Notes: a model not told the origin generated them from the sequence alone. DNA of 64,000 nucleotides from Eledone cirrhosa (GCA_964016885.1 OZ024742.1:95666001-95730000), one strand, 5' to 3'. Positions 12,930 to 25,130 are shown, numbered from the stretch's first letter. Numbers and translations are program-made.

Positions 12930-13200
12930 CGACGCAGGCAAGGCTGAGTGGTTAAGAAGTTCAACACGAACTCATGAAGTCTCAGGTTTGATCCCATTGC
13001 ATGGCAGATTGGACAAGAGACTTTACTTTAGTTTCAGGTTGTCCCCAACAGTGTAAGATAAATGGTTTGTACTTATAATTGAAAGGTCCATCCTTGTTAC
13101 ATATATCAAGCTGGTGATACCTGAGAATTATAGTAAGGGGTTCACATCTGTAAAATACTCAACTTTTAAAAGGTTAACTCAGGAATTGTCTGAGTATCCA
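12930..13200 (+). mobile_element. SINE family C copy
   Basis: GCAGGCAAGGCTGAGTGGTTAAGAAG head; B-box-like GGTTTGATCCC. Confidence 0.6.
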
Positions 13201-13350
13201 TCATCATCATGTGACAAATGTCAACATGGCATGGATTCTGATGAATCTAGAATATATCTAGCTCATCCTGATTATATATATATATATATATATCAATGAT
13301 ATTAATAAATGGAAACTATATTTATAAAACCATATTTATTTTATTATATA

Positions 13351-13986
13351 CAAGCAGTGGTACCTGGCTAAGGTATTTTGGAAGGCGGGCCGCCAACAGA
13401 CCTAATCGTGGACAAACTACATGCCTCGACAATATGTAAAGAAAATAAACCGAATACTCTGATGGCTGGACAATCTTTAAGATTTGCCTCGATGAAGCAG
13501 GAAAAATGCAGGTTTTCACCTAATGCGGACCCTAGGGGATCAAGAAAATTAATTTTTTTATGTGCATAATATGCCTTGAAATTTCGGGAAAATCGGCTCA
13601 AAAACGTAACGCCTCAAAAGAGCCCTAAAATACTGAAAAATTGAAGTTTTTCACCTAATGCGGGCCCTAGGCCATAAAATGTTGGATTTTCTTTAATCAC
13701 GGTATGAAGAAGAGACTGACTAATACATAGTTACACTTTCAAGGAAATCGCTCTGACGTAACGCCTCAAAAAACCCATAAAAAGCCGGAAAAAATGAAGT
13801 TTTTCACCTAATGCGGGCCCTAGGGGATCAAAAAGTTGAATTTTGTATGTGCATAACACTCTCTGAAACATAAGTAATACACATGTAAAGTTTAAAAAAA
13901 GTCGGTTGGGTACTTCTCGAGTTTTAGGGATTCAAACTCACAGATACACACACACAGACAGACATCCTCAGTTTTATATATATAGA
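13351..13986 (-). mobile_element. Non-autonomous Helitron
   Basis: On minus: 5' TCTATATATATAAAA...TGTCTGTCTG, 3' hairpin TACCT-tagcc-AGGTA then CTTG (CTAG variant); inserted between A and T with no TSD; three internal ~140 bp repeats containing TTTTCACCTAATGCGG.CCCTAGG. Confidence 0.8.
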
Positions 13987-14153
13987 TATTTCAAGGCTAC
14001 CAGAAAAACTCTGGTACGCTCTCATCAGATAAAATACAAAATTTGTTTTATAAATAGTGAAATACCCGATAAACCAGACCTTAACGGTTCAGGTTCCATG
14101 AACCGTTAAGGTCTGGTTTATCGGGTATGTCATTATTTATAAAACAAATTTTG

Positions 14154-14217
14154 TATTTTATCTGATGAGTGCGTACCAAAGTTTTTTTGGTACCCTTGAA
14201 ATATATATAATAAAATA
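14154..14217 (+). ncRNA. Type-I hammerhead ribozyme motif
   Basis: TATTTTAT CTGATGA gtgc GTACCAAA gttt TTTGGTAC cctt GAAA tatata TA ATAAAATA; 8-bp stem I, palindromic stem III. Confidence 0.75.
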
Positions 14218-14359
14218 AATATGGTTTTATAAATATAGTTTCCATTTTTTAATATCATTGATATTAAAGGAAACTATTAGAGTGCTTCGAATCTGTTATA
14301 ATAAATAAATTTGTTGAATTACCAGCAAATTAAATATTTCTTTACTTATATACATAAAC

Positions 14360-14487
14360 AGAGACAGAGACAAGAACAAATAAATAAATGAAATAAAATA
14401 AAAATGGCGTAGGCATTACAATACAGCGGGAGGAAACATAATAGTACCACTATTGATGTCACAGATGTGTGATGACAGAACTTTGAT

Positions 14488-14548
<61 letters not shown>

Positions 14549-14678
14549 TTTTAACCGTTGGTCAATCAATGATAAACATTGATTGCCAGATAAATTAACT
14601 ATGGAGATATAAAAGATACAGAAGCGAAAACCGATCCAAACCAGACAGTGTGTTCTATTATTATTTCTGGAAATATTC
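14360..14678 (+). mobile_element. Diverged solo pLTR of the 59853-61250 PLE family
   Basis: AAAATGGCGTAG..CAATACA.CGGGAGGAAAC and CCGTTGGTCA.TCAATG...GAAGCGAAAA align to 60900-61160; hammerhead core is mutated. Confidence 0.7.
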
Positions 14679-14803
14679 GATCCTTACGGGCTCGATAAAA
14701 TAAAGTACCAGTAATACACTGGATAATTGCTGGCCTTGTGCCAAAAGTAGAAACAATTATAACAATATGACCCTCCTCAAATATAACAATATATATATAT
14801 GTA

Positions 14804-14859
<56 letters not shown>

Positions 14860-14929
14860 CGTGTGTGCGTGAGTATGTGTGTGTGTGTGTGTGTTACTAT
14901 AGTTATATATATTACTATAGTTAATACGA

Positions 14930-16800
14930 ATCATTGTGAGATATGTAATAATTTACTAATAATTTTTGAAACGCCGGTACAATGTAATGGAAATATATTA
15001 CAGGCAATGGACGACAGATGAAACAAAACGAAATAATGTTTTACCCAAAGTATTTCAACATGACATTTCTGGTCTATTGACCCCTTTTCAAATGTGAAAC
15101 GGAAACAGTATAAAACAAAAGCAAACGATCGATGTGTCCTTCTTTAACTGGTCTACCTATCTGGATTACACATGTGTGAAGTCATTATAGAAGCCAATCT
15201 ACTTCGTGTATTTTCAAACTATTATATATCTGTGTTTTATTTCTCGTTGAAGATAATGAGCTCTTTATTCTTAAATAGCCCACAATACTTTCCGTCGCAT
15301 CTATGGTGACCTCAATGTTTTGGTTATGGCATCTGTCAAGATATTTTATAACACATGCCCTCCTCGTCATATCCTTCTCGATCCTTATGTGCAGCACCCA
15401 GGGGGGTACTTTTGGTGTGCGAGGCGCTACATTTGTTACATGTGACCCTCTAGATCACATGCTCTTATGCACACTTTTGCGTTGTTGATGGGATAATTAA
15501 GCAGTGTGCATATATCGTTATATGTAGATTGGTGTCTGTGGAGCATTCTTCTCAATAACGGTCCCGAGTGCGCCAACTGTTTATTCAAACCATTCCTATG
15601 GCTCGTTTGATGGCTGTGGTCATCTCACTAAAATGTGGTAGCTTTAGGTAGCATATGTTACACCAAGGAGCACGTGTTCTTATTGTTGTTTTTAGCATTG
15701 CTACCTAAGCATTTTAGTATTTGATGAGAGAGAGAGAGAGAGAGAGTAGTAGTAGGATAGCCATTCTGGGGAAGAAATCTCTGGAATTCCACCATGCTGG
15801 TATGTTTGTCACTACCTTCGCTCCATCTGTTGCGCATCTGCGAGATCCTATTGTATATATATAAGCTATTTTGATTCTGTAGGGAAGGGCAGAATCATGG
15901 TGCACAAAAATATCTCCACATGCACTCTTCTTGTAAAATTTGATGTATATGAATCCCTCCTCTGTGAATTTTAGTGTAAAGTCGAGTAGAGAGAAAGGGA
16001 TCCAATGGTGTCAATGTGTTCAACCTCAAATTTCAAGAGCGTCTATGTTTTCAAAGATATTATAAATCTTGACGGCTTCTTCACGTAATGAAGTGAAAAT
16101 AAGGTTATCATCCACGTACCTGAGGAAGGAGCAAGAGCAACAGGTAGTAAATGCTGTGCGACCCAACTGAGAGACTTGACCCATTCGGATGTTGCGAAAT
16201 TTGTTTTTCCTAGCGTAGTCTTCAAACTGGAAAAATATATTGTACATGACGATAGAGAGCAGCTCATGGATATCAGCAGCAGTAAGCCCAAAATAGGCGA
16301 TGATGTAATTAAGATAATGGCCAGGACGGGGCTGAGTTATAGAAGGAAACTACGTCTAAACTAAATGGGTATCTACTCTGTCTAAGTGTGGTTATTTTAG
16401 TTTGTTGATTACTTCATGTGAGCTGTCTACGTGTCGAAGGGTTGTGAAGGAGAGTTTTGAGAAGTCTTGATAGAAGCCAGGAAATTTTATTGAAAATACC
16501 ATTTATGCTGGAAACAATAGCTCTAATATTTAACTTAGGCCCGGTTTTGTGTGTTTTAATAAGATGATATAAGGTGGGGAGCTTACTGTTTTAAGTGATG
16601 AACATGCGTTTAATTCTACTAAGGAGATTCTGTAGTTAAATATATTAGTCCAGCAAGTGTTAATAGTGATTTCCAGCTGACTAGGTAAGATCTTGTTCTT
16701 AACCCTACTATATACAGTGATGTTGTTAAGGTGTTCTTGCGCTAGTTGCTCAATGACGTAGAATTCTCTAATTTTGTCTCATTGGATGCATATTACTTTT
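14930..16800 (-). pseudogene. Old PLE remnant (RT plus endonuclease traces)
   Basis: Fragments FLRYVDDNLIF, HHDSALPYRIKIAYI and GRPVKE across broken frames. Confidence 0.6.
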
Positions 16801-17093
16801 TTTAACGTAGTTCTCTTAGAGTAGTGGGCTGGGACCTAGATAAAGCCATTATCATCAACCAGAAAAAAAAAGACGCAAATGAATAACAGATGGAAAATGT
16901 ACGAAGTAGATTGTCTGCTATAATAATTTCCCACATGCGTAATTCAAACACATAAACCAGTTAGAGAAGAACACATCGTTCGTGTTGAAATATACTGGGC
17001 AAAACATTACTTTATTTTGCTTCATTTCTACCACATTCTACTCGCTTTTTGAAATTTATTAGTTTATTATTATACACACTCACACTCACACAC

Positions 17094-17152
<59 letters not shown>

Positions 17153-17156
<4 letters not shown>

Positions 17157-17843
17157 TATGTATGTATACGTACATACATATATGTATACAGACGTACAGT
17201 AGCATGTATATATATACATACAGGCACACATATATATATGCACGTATCAGTTTACCGAACATTTATTATAATGCTCGGTTTGTTCGTTTGTAAACAAACA
17301 AACAGCCTGAATTACGTCGTACAGTGTTTAGGCAACCACGTCACCTTTTTGTTCAACACTGACACAGGAACGATGTACTAGTTTCAAGCTTATTAGCTAT
17401 CGTCAGCACCGTATACCTTTCTGCCAGATGGTTGAACGTCCGAAAGTATATACTTTCCTTATGAAAATTAACGGCTGAGCAGCCTAATTTGCATATCGAG
17501 TAAGTCCAGTCGGCCAGGCGCACCGAAAACTATAAATGGAATAGAATGAAACGAAATTTCATTTCTCACTCTTAGTACGGCACTTACTTAAATGTAAGTA
17601 TGTATGTATACGTACATACATATATGTATACAGACGTACAGTAGCATGTATATATATACATACAGGCACACATATATATATGCACGTATCAGTTTACCGA
17701 ACATTTATTATAATGCTCGGTTTGTTCGTTTGTAAACAAACAAACAGCCTGAATTACGCCGTACAGTGTTTAGGCAACCACGTCACCTTTTTGTTCAACA
17801 CTGACACAGGAACGATGTACTAGTTTCAAGCTTATTAGCTATC
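17153..17843 (-). mobile_element. Non-coding hammerhead element, partial tandem of a 442-bp unit
   Basis: 17153-17401 and 17595-17843 are near-identical direct repeats; flanked by (TA)n. Confidence 0.85.
17370..17412 (-). ncRNA. Minimal type-I hammerhead ribozyme motif
   Basis: ACGGTG CTGACGA t AGCT aata AGCT t GAAA ctag TA CATCGT; palindromic stem III ACTAGT. Confidence 0.85.
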
Positions 17844-17845
17844 TA

Positions 17846-17936
<91 letters not shown>

Positions 17937-17944
17937 TCCACATT

Positions 17945-18320
17945 CATGAGATTATGAGTTTGATTCTCGGATTGGGTGGTGTGTTGTGTCCATGAGCATG
18001 GCTCTTTATTCCAGGTTACTCCTGCCCACGCAGCTGGATATGAATTGTGACGTCACTCGTGACAGTCGTTATGAGTCTTTCCCTTTCCCTTGGACTCTAT
18101 CGGTGTCGTGGAAAACAGAAACTGGCATGCAAGGGACGTCAGACACCATGCTTTGCAGCATAGAGTTATGGCCCCTAACGTTCTGAGTTGAGTTCAAATC
18201 TCACCAAGGTTAGCTTTGCCTTTCATCCTTACCGTGTCGATAAAATAAAACACTAGTAATGAACTGGGGTAATTTCTGGCCTTGTGCCAAAAGTAGAAAT
18301 ATTATTATTATTATTATTAT
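17945..18320 (+). mobile_element. SINE B-like 5' part joined to a SINE A 3' part
   Basis: TCCATGAGCATGGCTCTTTATTCC resembles the B body; GAGTTCAAATCTC...AGTAGAAAT(ATT)n matches family A. Confidence 0.65.
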
Positions 18321-18830
18321 TGCTGACTTGTGGAGCTATGTCGAACATTTTCTGTCACGTGTAAGACGGATCCGGTTATCGACTGAGTCCATTGTGCAGA
18401 TAGCCCCGCCATCCTCATTTAAGGGAGAGGAAGGTCAAACAGTTTTCATCTGCCTGGTGGCCATGGCGAAAGAGATTGTATGGTGGACAAGGTTGAAAGG
18501 ATCAAAGACTTTCCTCTTCGGCGAATCCCTGATTAACTTTTTCAAATTTCACTTGAAGAGGAAAATCAGAATGGAGAAGGTCCTTGCCTTGGTAGTCAGG
18601 GTGGCTATGGTCTTTTGTGTGGTTTCACCACGAGTAACCCTCAGAGGTTTCCCCCTTTCGGTGGGATTTTTGTTGTTTGAATTTTTTTTATTTGTTTTTA
18701 CACATTTCTATCTTCTTGTTATAACCCTTTTACACGGCCAAAACCCACTTTGTATCGTCCTGTACCGTTCTGTGCCGTCTGTAATGTTTTTTTTTTCATG
18801 TTAGCCCTTGTGGCCAATAAAGAAAGCATT
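18321..18830 (+). pseudogene. L1/Tx1-like LINE 3' end
   Basis: LWSYVEHFLSRV...FICLVAMAKEIVWWTRLK resembles the ORF2 C-terminal (AK..IW..R) region; T-rich 3' UTR, AATAAA, (ATT)n. Confidence 0.55.
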
Positions 18831-18849
18831 ATTATAATTATTATTAATA

Positions 18850-19065
18850 GAATTACGGTTCTTGCTATTCTGAGTTCAAATCCCGCCGAGGTTAACTTTG
18901 CCTTTCATCCTTTCGGGGTCGATAAAATAAAGTACTAATAATGCACTGGTAATTGCTGGCCTTGTGTCAAAAGTAGAAACAATTATTATTATTATTATCA
19001 TTATTATTATTATTATTGTTATTATTATTATTATTATTATTATCAGCATCATCATCATCATCATC
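18850..19065 (+). mobile_element. SINE family A with (ATT)n/(CAT)n tail
   Basis: Family A consensus match. Confidence 0.8.
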
Positions 19066-19854
19066 AATTATTGAAAAAAATTAACTGAAACCAAAAGGTA
19101 TTATATTTCATGAAAGATTTACTTATGGAGGTGTTAATCTTCTTAAATTTAATATGTTGAAAGTATCTTGTCGCTTTATGATTCACTAGAGGGAGTTAAA
19201 GATTTCATATTGATTGATTTTGAAAACATTTCATCCAATAAATCGAATATCGTCCAATATCTAAAAAGAATTATTTTAATCAAAACTCTTCCCCAAAATT
19301 GTCTTTCCAAATCTGAAATTCTTTTTTCAAATTTTTCCCATGACATTCGAAATATTCGTAGGTGTTGAGTAAAAAAAATTTGATCAGTGTTGGTAGCTCA
19401 CTTAACATAAATATCATGTGATTCTCGTGCGATTGCTTCACTGTTTCAGCATTGCAGTCTTACCCACAATGCATTAAGTGTTTTGGGCTACCTTAAACAC
19501 TTCTAAAAGGCAACTCCAGCATTTGCTATTGAAGTGTGTAATTCAGATAGTGAGCATTATTTTCTCTTTGTTTTGTTTTGTTTTTCTGACCAATTTTCGT
19601 TGTTCTTGTCCATTTATTTGACTATTCTTTTATTCATTTGCTCTGTTACTAGTTTCAGTTATTTGACTTCTGCTATGTTTGAGCATCACCTTAAAAGTAT
19701 TTAGTCAGTTACATCGACCCCTGTACTTAATGTTTTATGTCTAATAAGTACTTTATCAGTCTCTCTTTGTTAAACAATTAAGTTACAAGACATAAACACA
19801 GAAATGGACACGAACACACACACACACACACGCGCGTATATATATATATATATA

Positions 19855-20136
19855 TGTAAGTATGTTTTGAAACATTGAGCAGGTTTGAAATTAGAAAATA
19901 GATTAGCTTTCACAGTATTTTTTACTAAAGAAATTTTAGCCTGATAATGGGGCTTAGAACTTTCAGATAAATGGAAAAAGATGAGTATTGACGTACATGG
20001 GAGTCTGCATAACCAAAGATGTGTTTCGACTCCCATGTACGTCAATACTCATCTTTTTCCATTTATCTGAGGGTTCTAAACCCCATTATCAGGCTAAAGT
20101 TTCTTTAGACAAAAATACGGTGAAAGCTAATCCATT

Positions 20137-20141
<5 letters not shown>
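19855..20141. repeat. Fold-back element in (TA)n
   Basis: Arms 19892-20005 and 20028-20141; ~37-nt unpaired tail on the left. Confidence 0.85.
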
Positions 20142-20186
<45 letters not shown>

Positions 20187-20188
<2 letters not shown>

Positions 20189-20533
20189 CAAAATTCAGTA
20201 AGAAAAAGGATTAATATTGTTGGTGTTTGTTTATACTTCTACAAACGTTTCAATGCAACCTGAAAAACAGAATAATTCAGTTAAGTAATTCCCGTATAGG
20301 TGCTTTACTCCAAGCTGTATCTCTTTAAAAAATACAATAAAACAATAATTGCCTTGAAACGTTCGTTGATCTATAAATAAATAACAATAATATTTATCCT
20401 TGGTCTTACTGAATCTTGAATCATAAATGCTCTGCTCCTATAACTATTCGTTCCTAAAGAACGAAGGATAAAAGAGGGCATTGAGCTTAACTTATTTTAT
20501 CAATGAAAATAGTGAAATAGCACATTATAATCT

Positions 20534-20535
<2 letters not shown>
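20187..20535 (+). repeat. Older fold-back element in (TA)n
   Basis: 20187-20253 is a diverged reverse complement of 20354-20420; both arms begin at TTGAAACGTT. Confidence 0.6.
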
Positions 20536-20583
<48 letters not shown>

Positions 20584-21261
20584 ATTTAATGTATAATAAA
20601 CAATACAATATAATTACCTCATTACCAGAGGTTTCCCGAATAAGACGAATCCAAGAAACTTCCTCATTCGTTCGTCAGACAAGGCAATTTAAAACATAGT
20701 CAAATATTTGAAAAATCTCCTCAAGAAAGGCAAAAGTTTAACGGGCAAAAAAAATATATAAATAAAAGTAATACAAGAGATATATAAAAATAAAATAAGG
20801 AAATATAGTAAGGGTATGTGTATAAATGTGTGTATATGCACATACAAATATACATATGTGTGTATGTACAAATGCATGTGTATGAAAGCACGCGTATAAA
20901 TACACACACACGCACAACCACATAGATGCATATGATATATACAAGGAAGGGAGTGTATCAGTCAAAGCAGTGTCAGGCTGAAGGTCGATAAATATATAAA
21001 AAAAATAAAATATGAAAATGAAAAAATGAAAAAATATATGAGAATAAAAAAATTAAATCAAAGAGAAAGTAAGAGGGAGGGGTTATCAATTATAAAGTAA
21101 CACTAGAAAAAATAGAAAACATACAGAGGTTCGTACACACACACATATAAATATATATACGTACAGACAAAAGCACATACATGCGTACATACATACAAAA
21201 GCGCGCATACATACACACGAAGCACACACATATTTATATACATAATAATAAACATAATAAT

Positions 21262-21910
21262 AGGAAAAGAAAAATAATCTGGTTCACACCCCCTACTCTT
21301 TAGCAGTTAAAACTAATGTAGGCAAAAAATTCCTAGAGCTCTTTGATAAACATTTCCCTAGAACACATAGATACTATAAGATCTTCAATAGAAACTGTAT
21401 CAAAATCAGCTACTCCTGCGGTCCCCCTATTAAATCTTATATCCTCAATAAGAAAATCACCCAGAGAACATCAAAATTGCTCCTGTAGAGTCAAAAGTGA
21501 ATGCCCATTACAAGGTAAATGCAATACCAAAGCCTTTGTATATGCGGCTAAAGTGACAACCTACCAGCCACCAGCGAACGATATGTGGGTATGACACAAG
21601 ACAAATTCAAAACGCGTTATTACTCACATGTCGCATCTTTTCGACATCCTGAAAAAAGATTTACAACAGCTCTGGCTAGCAGAATATGGGATTTGAAAAA
21701 CCAAGGTATCCAATATTAATTAGATTTGTCAATTTTGAACCAATCTAAAGAATATGCAAGAGGAACAAGAAGATGCGTACTCTGCATAAGTGAAAAAATA
21801 TTCGATTTTACAGAACCTTAAATCACCAAAAACCTACCTAAATGCAAAAACAGAAAACTTCAACAGTTGCCCACACGTGAAATCACACTTGCTTTCCAGC
21901 TCATATAAAC
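21262..21910 (+). pseudogene. PLE linker and GIY-YIG remnant (second PLE lineage)
   Basis: KIIWFTP/YSLAVKTNVGKKFLELFDKHFP, CSCRVKSECPLQGKCNTKAFVYAAKV, YVGMTQDKFKTRYYSH...IWDLK; several frameshifts. Confidence 0.85.
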
Positions 21911-22366
21911 TTAACTCACTCTCAGATACTTATCCTCCACAAACTCTTGTTCTTTACTTTGCTTAACTTACCTTCTTTACAGACTTCTCTTTCTGATTTA
22001 CTTTTATTTTTATTTTTAACTTTATTTTTAATTCACATCCACCCCCTTCTTTTTGATTCACTTACTTTATATTTTACTTCCCCCTTTTCTTTCTCTACCT
22101 GATATCACTGTCAATTGCGTTTTCAACTCCAGATATATTCTGTTGTCCCTCAGCCGCTTTTATGTATGTTTACTTGCGTATAATTTGTACTCATTTATTC
22201 ATACGGCTGTTTTTTATATTGTATGTATGCGTGTAAGTGTGCATATGTGTGTATACGTGTTTGTATATGTATACGAATGCATTCGTATGTGCGCGTGTAT
22301 GTGTATATGTGTGTGTGTATGTGTGTTTTTATATCTGTTTTTTACATATATATATGTGTGTGTGTG

Positions 22367-22403
<37 letters not shown>

Positions 22404-23176
22404 TATGTGTGTGTGTATATATATATGTATATATATGGTCGCCTGCGTATGATTAGATGTACATGTATGTATATATATGCTTCGTGTGTATGTATGCGCG
22501 CTTTTGTATGTACGCATGTATGTGCTTTTGTCTGTACATATTTATATATATATATGTGTTTGTACGAACCTCTGTATGTTTTCTATTTTTTCTAGTGTTA
22601 CCTTTTAATTGATAACACCTTCCTCTTACTTTCTCTTTGATTTAATGTTTTTATTTTCATATATATTTTCATTTTTTCATTTTCATATTTTATTTTTTTA
22701 TATATGTACCGACCTTCAGCCTGACACTGCTTTGACTGATACACTCCCTTCCCTGTATATATCACATGCATGTATGTAGTTGCGCGTGTGTGCGTGTTTA
22801 TACGCGTGCTTTTCATACTTGTATGTGTATATATTTCAATCCTTAGTCCCTGAGTCTGTATGTACGCTAACTCTATTATCTTACAATTTCTTTTTCAACC
22901 TATATTATATACGTATTTGTGATCACACATACACTGATATGCTTGCCCTCATGTATGTACTTACGCACACATTTTCTCACTATACACATGCATTTGTACA
23001 TACACACATATGTACATTTGTAGGTGCATATACACACATTTATACACATACCCTTACTATATTTCCTTATTTTATTTTTATATATCTGTTGTATTACTTT
23101 TATTTATATTTTTTTTTTTTTGCCCGTTAAACTTTTGCCTTCCTTGAGGAGATTTTTCAAATATTTCACTGTTTTA

Positions 23177-23254
23177 AATTGCCCTGTCTGATGAACGAAT
23201 GAGGACGTTTCTTGTATTCATCTTATTCGGGAAACCGCTGGTAATGAGGTAATT
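23177..23254 (+). ncRNA. Type-I hammerhead ribozyme motif (mirror copy 20612-20689 on minus)
   Basis: AATTGCC(C/T)TGT CTGATGA a CGAATGAGGA...TCTTATTCG g GAAA cc gct gg TA ATGAGGTAATT; ~11-bp stem I including GU pairs. Confidence 0.8.
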
Positions 23255-23556
23255 ATATTGTATTGTTTATTATACATTCAATTTAGCTCTGTAACTTACA
23301 TAGAGCGCTCTTCACTCCTATGACTTTTTCAATTTTCAACGGAAACTTCAATACTTATATATATATATATATATTCTTACTTGATATATATATATATATT
23401 AACGAAAATCGGTGGTATAAATACAGCTTCCTTCGGCTAGAGTCTACCTCACTCAACAAATCTAGTGAATTGCAATTATGTAGCCGCAATCACCTGTTCA
23501 GACTGCACATATTTAGTTTTACTGTAGAGCGATGACTGTGGTTATAATTAGAGATG

Positions 23557-23596
<40 letters not shown>

Positions 23597-23611
23597 ATTT
23601 AATATAATATA

Positions 23612-24086
23612 ATTTAGAGTTTTCACTCAGGAGTCAAATACAATTATTTAGCTCTAAGAAATATTTCTGAGCAGTACAATACAAGTTAATATAAAAAATA
23701 TATGATCAACACTAATGTGTTTTTATTGCAAATGGATGCCTATTGAGAATCACAGAAAATTGATTATTTCACTAATAATTATCTCATAAATAGTTATTCC
23801 ACAATTAATTAATTATTTCAGTAGTATACCATCCTTTGTGAAACAGCTTTATTTTTTGAAGTTCGGACTGATCTGCTGAAAAGGTTTGAATTTTGGAATT
23901 TAAACTTGTCTAGGCACCAGGGCAGTTGCCGATATACGTCTGTGAGTATAGATTTATTATTTTTTAGATCAATACAGGCAGACTATATGTATTTGAATTA
24001 AGGTATTTCTATCTGGCTAAATTATTGTCAATTTGCAATAAAAACACATTAGTGTTGATCATATATTTTTTTATATTAACTTGTAT
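23612..24086. repeat. Fold-back element in (TA)n
   Basis: 23679-23733 is the near-perfect reverse complement of 24031-24086; unpaired tail on the left. Confidence 0.75.
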
Positions 24087-24093
24087 ATATATC

Positions 24094-24125
<32 letters not shown>

Positions 24126-24132
24126 TATATAT

Positions 24133-24483
24133 GGGTACTACACGAGAATGCTGAGGATGGCTCTGAACATTAATCAGTATACACTGAGGATGAAAAACTC
24201 AGAGGTGTATGGGAGCCTCCCAAACGTCAGCTCAAAAGTGACACAGAGGAGACTGAGGTTAGCTGGACATGCTCATCAACATCCAGAGTTGACATTGCAC
24301 TCAGTGCTCCTGTGGGATCCCCTACATGGACACACTGGAAGAGGAAGACCAAGGTTAACGTATGTTGATGCCCTAAGGACAGACACTGGTCTGTTGGAGA
24401 CGCATGACATGGCAGCGATAATGAGGGACAGAAACCGCTGGAGAGAACTCGTCCATGGATCTCGGGAATTTTACCCGCCCTAG
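24133..24483 (+). pseudogene. RTE-like LINE ORF 3' end
   Basis: GYYTRMLRMALNI...RRLRLAGHAHQHPE...LLWDPLHGHTGRGRPRLTYVDAL...MRDRNRWRELV*. Confidence 0.8.
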
Positions 24484-24503
24484 ATATATATATATATATA
24501 TAT

Positions 24504-25073
24504 ATATGAAAAAGTTTGTCCTTCATCAGTGATCTTCCAACCATCATAGGCATTTCATCGCTTTAAAGACCATATACCTCCGGTTGGTGCGAGCAACGGC
24601 TAAAGTCGTTGGGACACGTAAATAAAGGGGACGCGAGGGTAAACAAACAAAATGGTTTAAGCAACAGAAAGTGATGAAGAAAGAGACAAGTCCCAGATTT
24701 CTATGAATTTAAATTCGGTGAAATCGTGTACGAGAGAATAAAGACCATCAAACCTGGTTGAAATGTGAGCAAGGAAGGAATTTCGCACAGGCCTAACAGG
24801 GGGAAGAAGGGGTCTGGTCTGCGAATTCGGTAAACATAAGTTCTGTGAAATCGTAGACGAGAGAGAGTGCTTAAACCATTTTGTTTGTTTACCCTCGCGT
24901 CCCCTTTATTTACGTGTCCCAACGACTTTTTTTAGCCGTTGCTCGCACCAACCGGAGGTATATGGTCTTTAAAGCGATGAAATGCCTATGATGGTTGGAA
25001 GATCACTGATGAAGGACAAACTTTTTCATATGTAACCCATTTGCAACACCGCAGCTCCATTATTATCATATTT

Positions 25074-25075
<2 letters not shown>
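24504..25075 (+). repeat. Fold-back element in (TA)n
   Basis: Arms 24504-24663 and 24868-25031 are near-identical; tail 25032-25075. Confidence 0.9.

Positions 25076-25130
<55 letters not shown>

Larger units (their letters stand above)
13290..14346 (+). mobile_element. Fold-back hammerhead element interrupted by a Helitron
   Basis: Arms (13290-13350 + 13987-14091) and 14099-14264 around a 7-nt loop; tail to ~14346. Confidence 0.85.
20583..23356 (+). mobile_element. Truncated PLE with long inverted pLTRs
   Basis: Arms ~20583-21243 and ~22463-23283; broken ORF between them; hammerhead motif in each arm; tail 23284-23356; (TA)n flanks. Confidence 0.9.

Noticed and set aside
13500-13860. Three spaced ~30-bp conserved motifs resembling a CRISPR array
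   Set aside because: Spacers are related to each other, the context is eukaryotic, and they are internal repeats of a Helitron
24504-25031. Reading the fold-backs as MITE TIRs
   Set aside because: Asymmetric tails, hammerheads and GIY-YIG ORFs in several examples favour PLE origin; not excluded for the ribozyme-less cases
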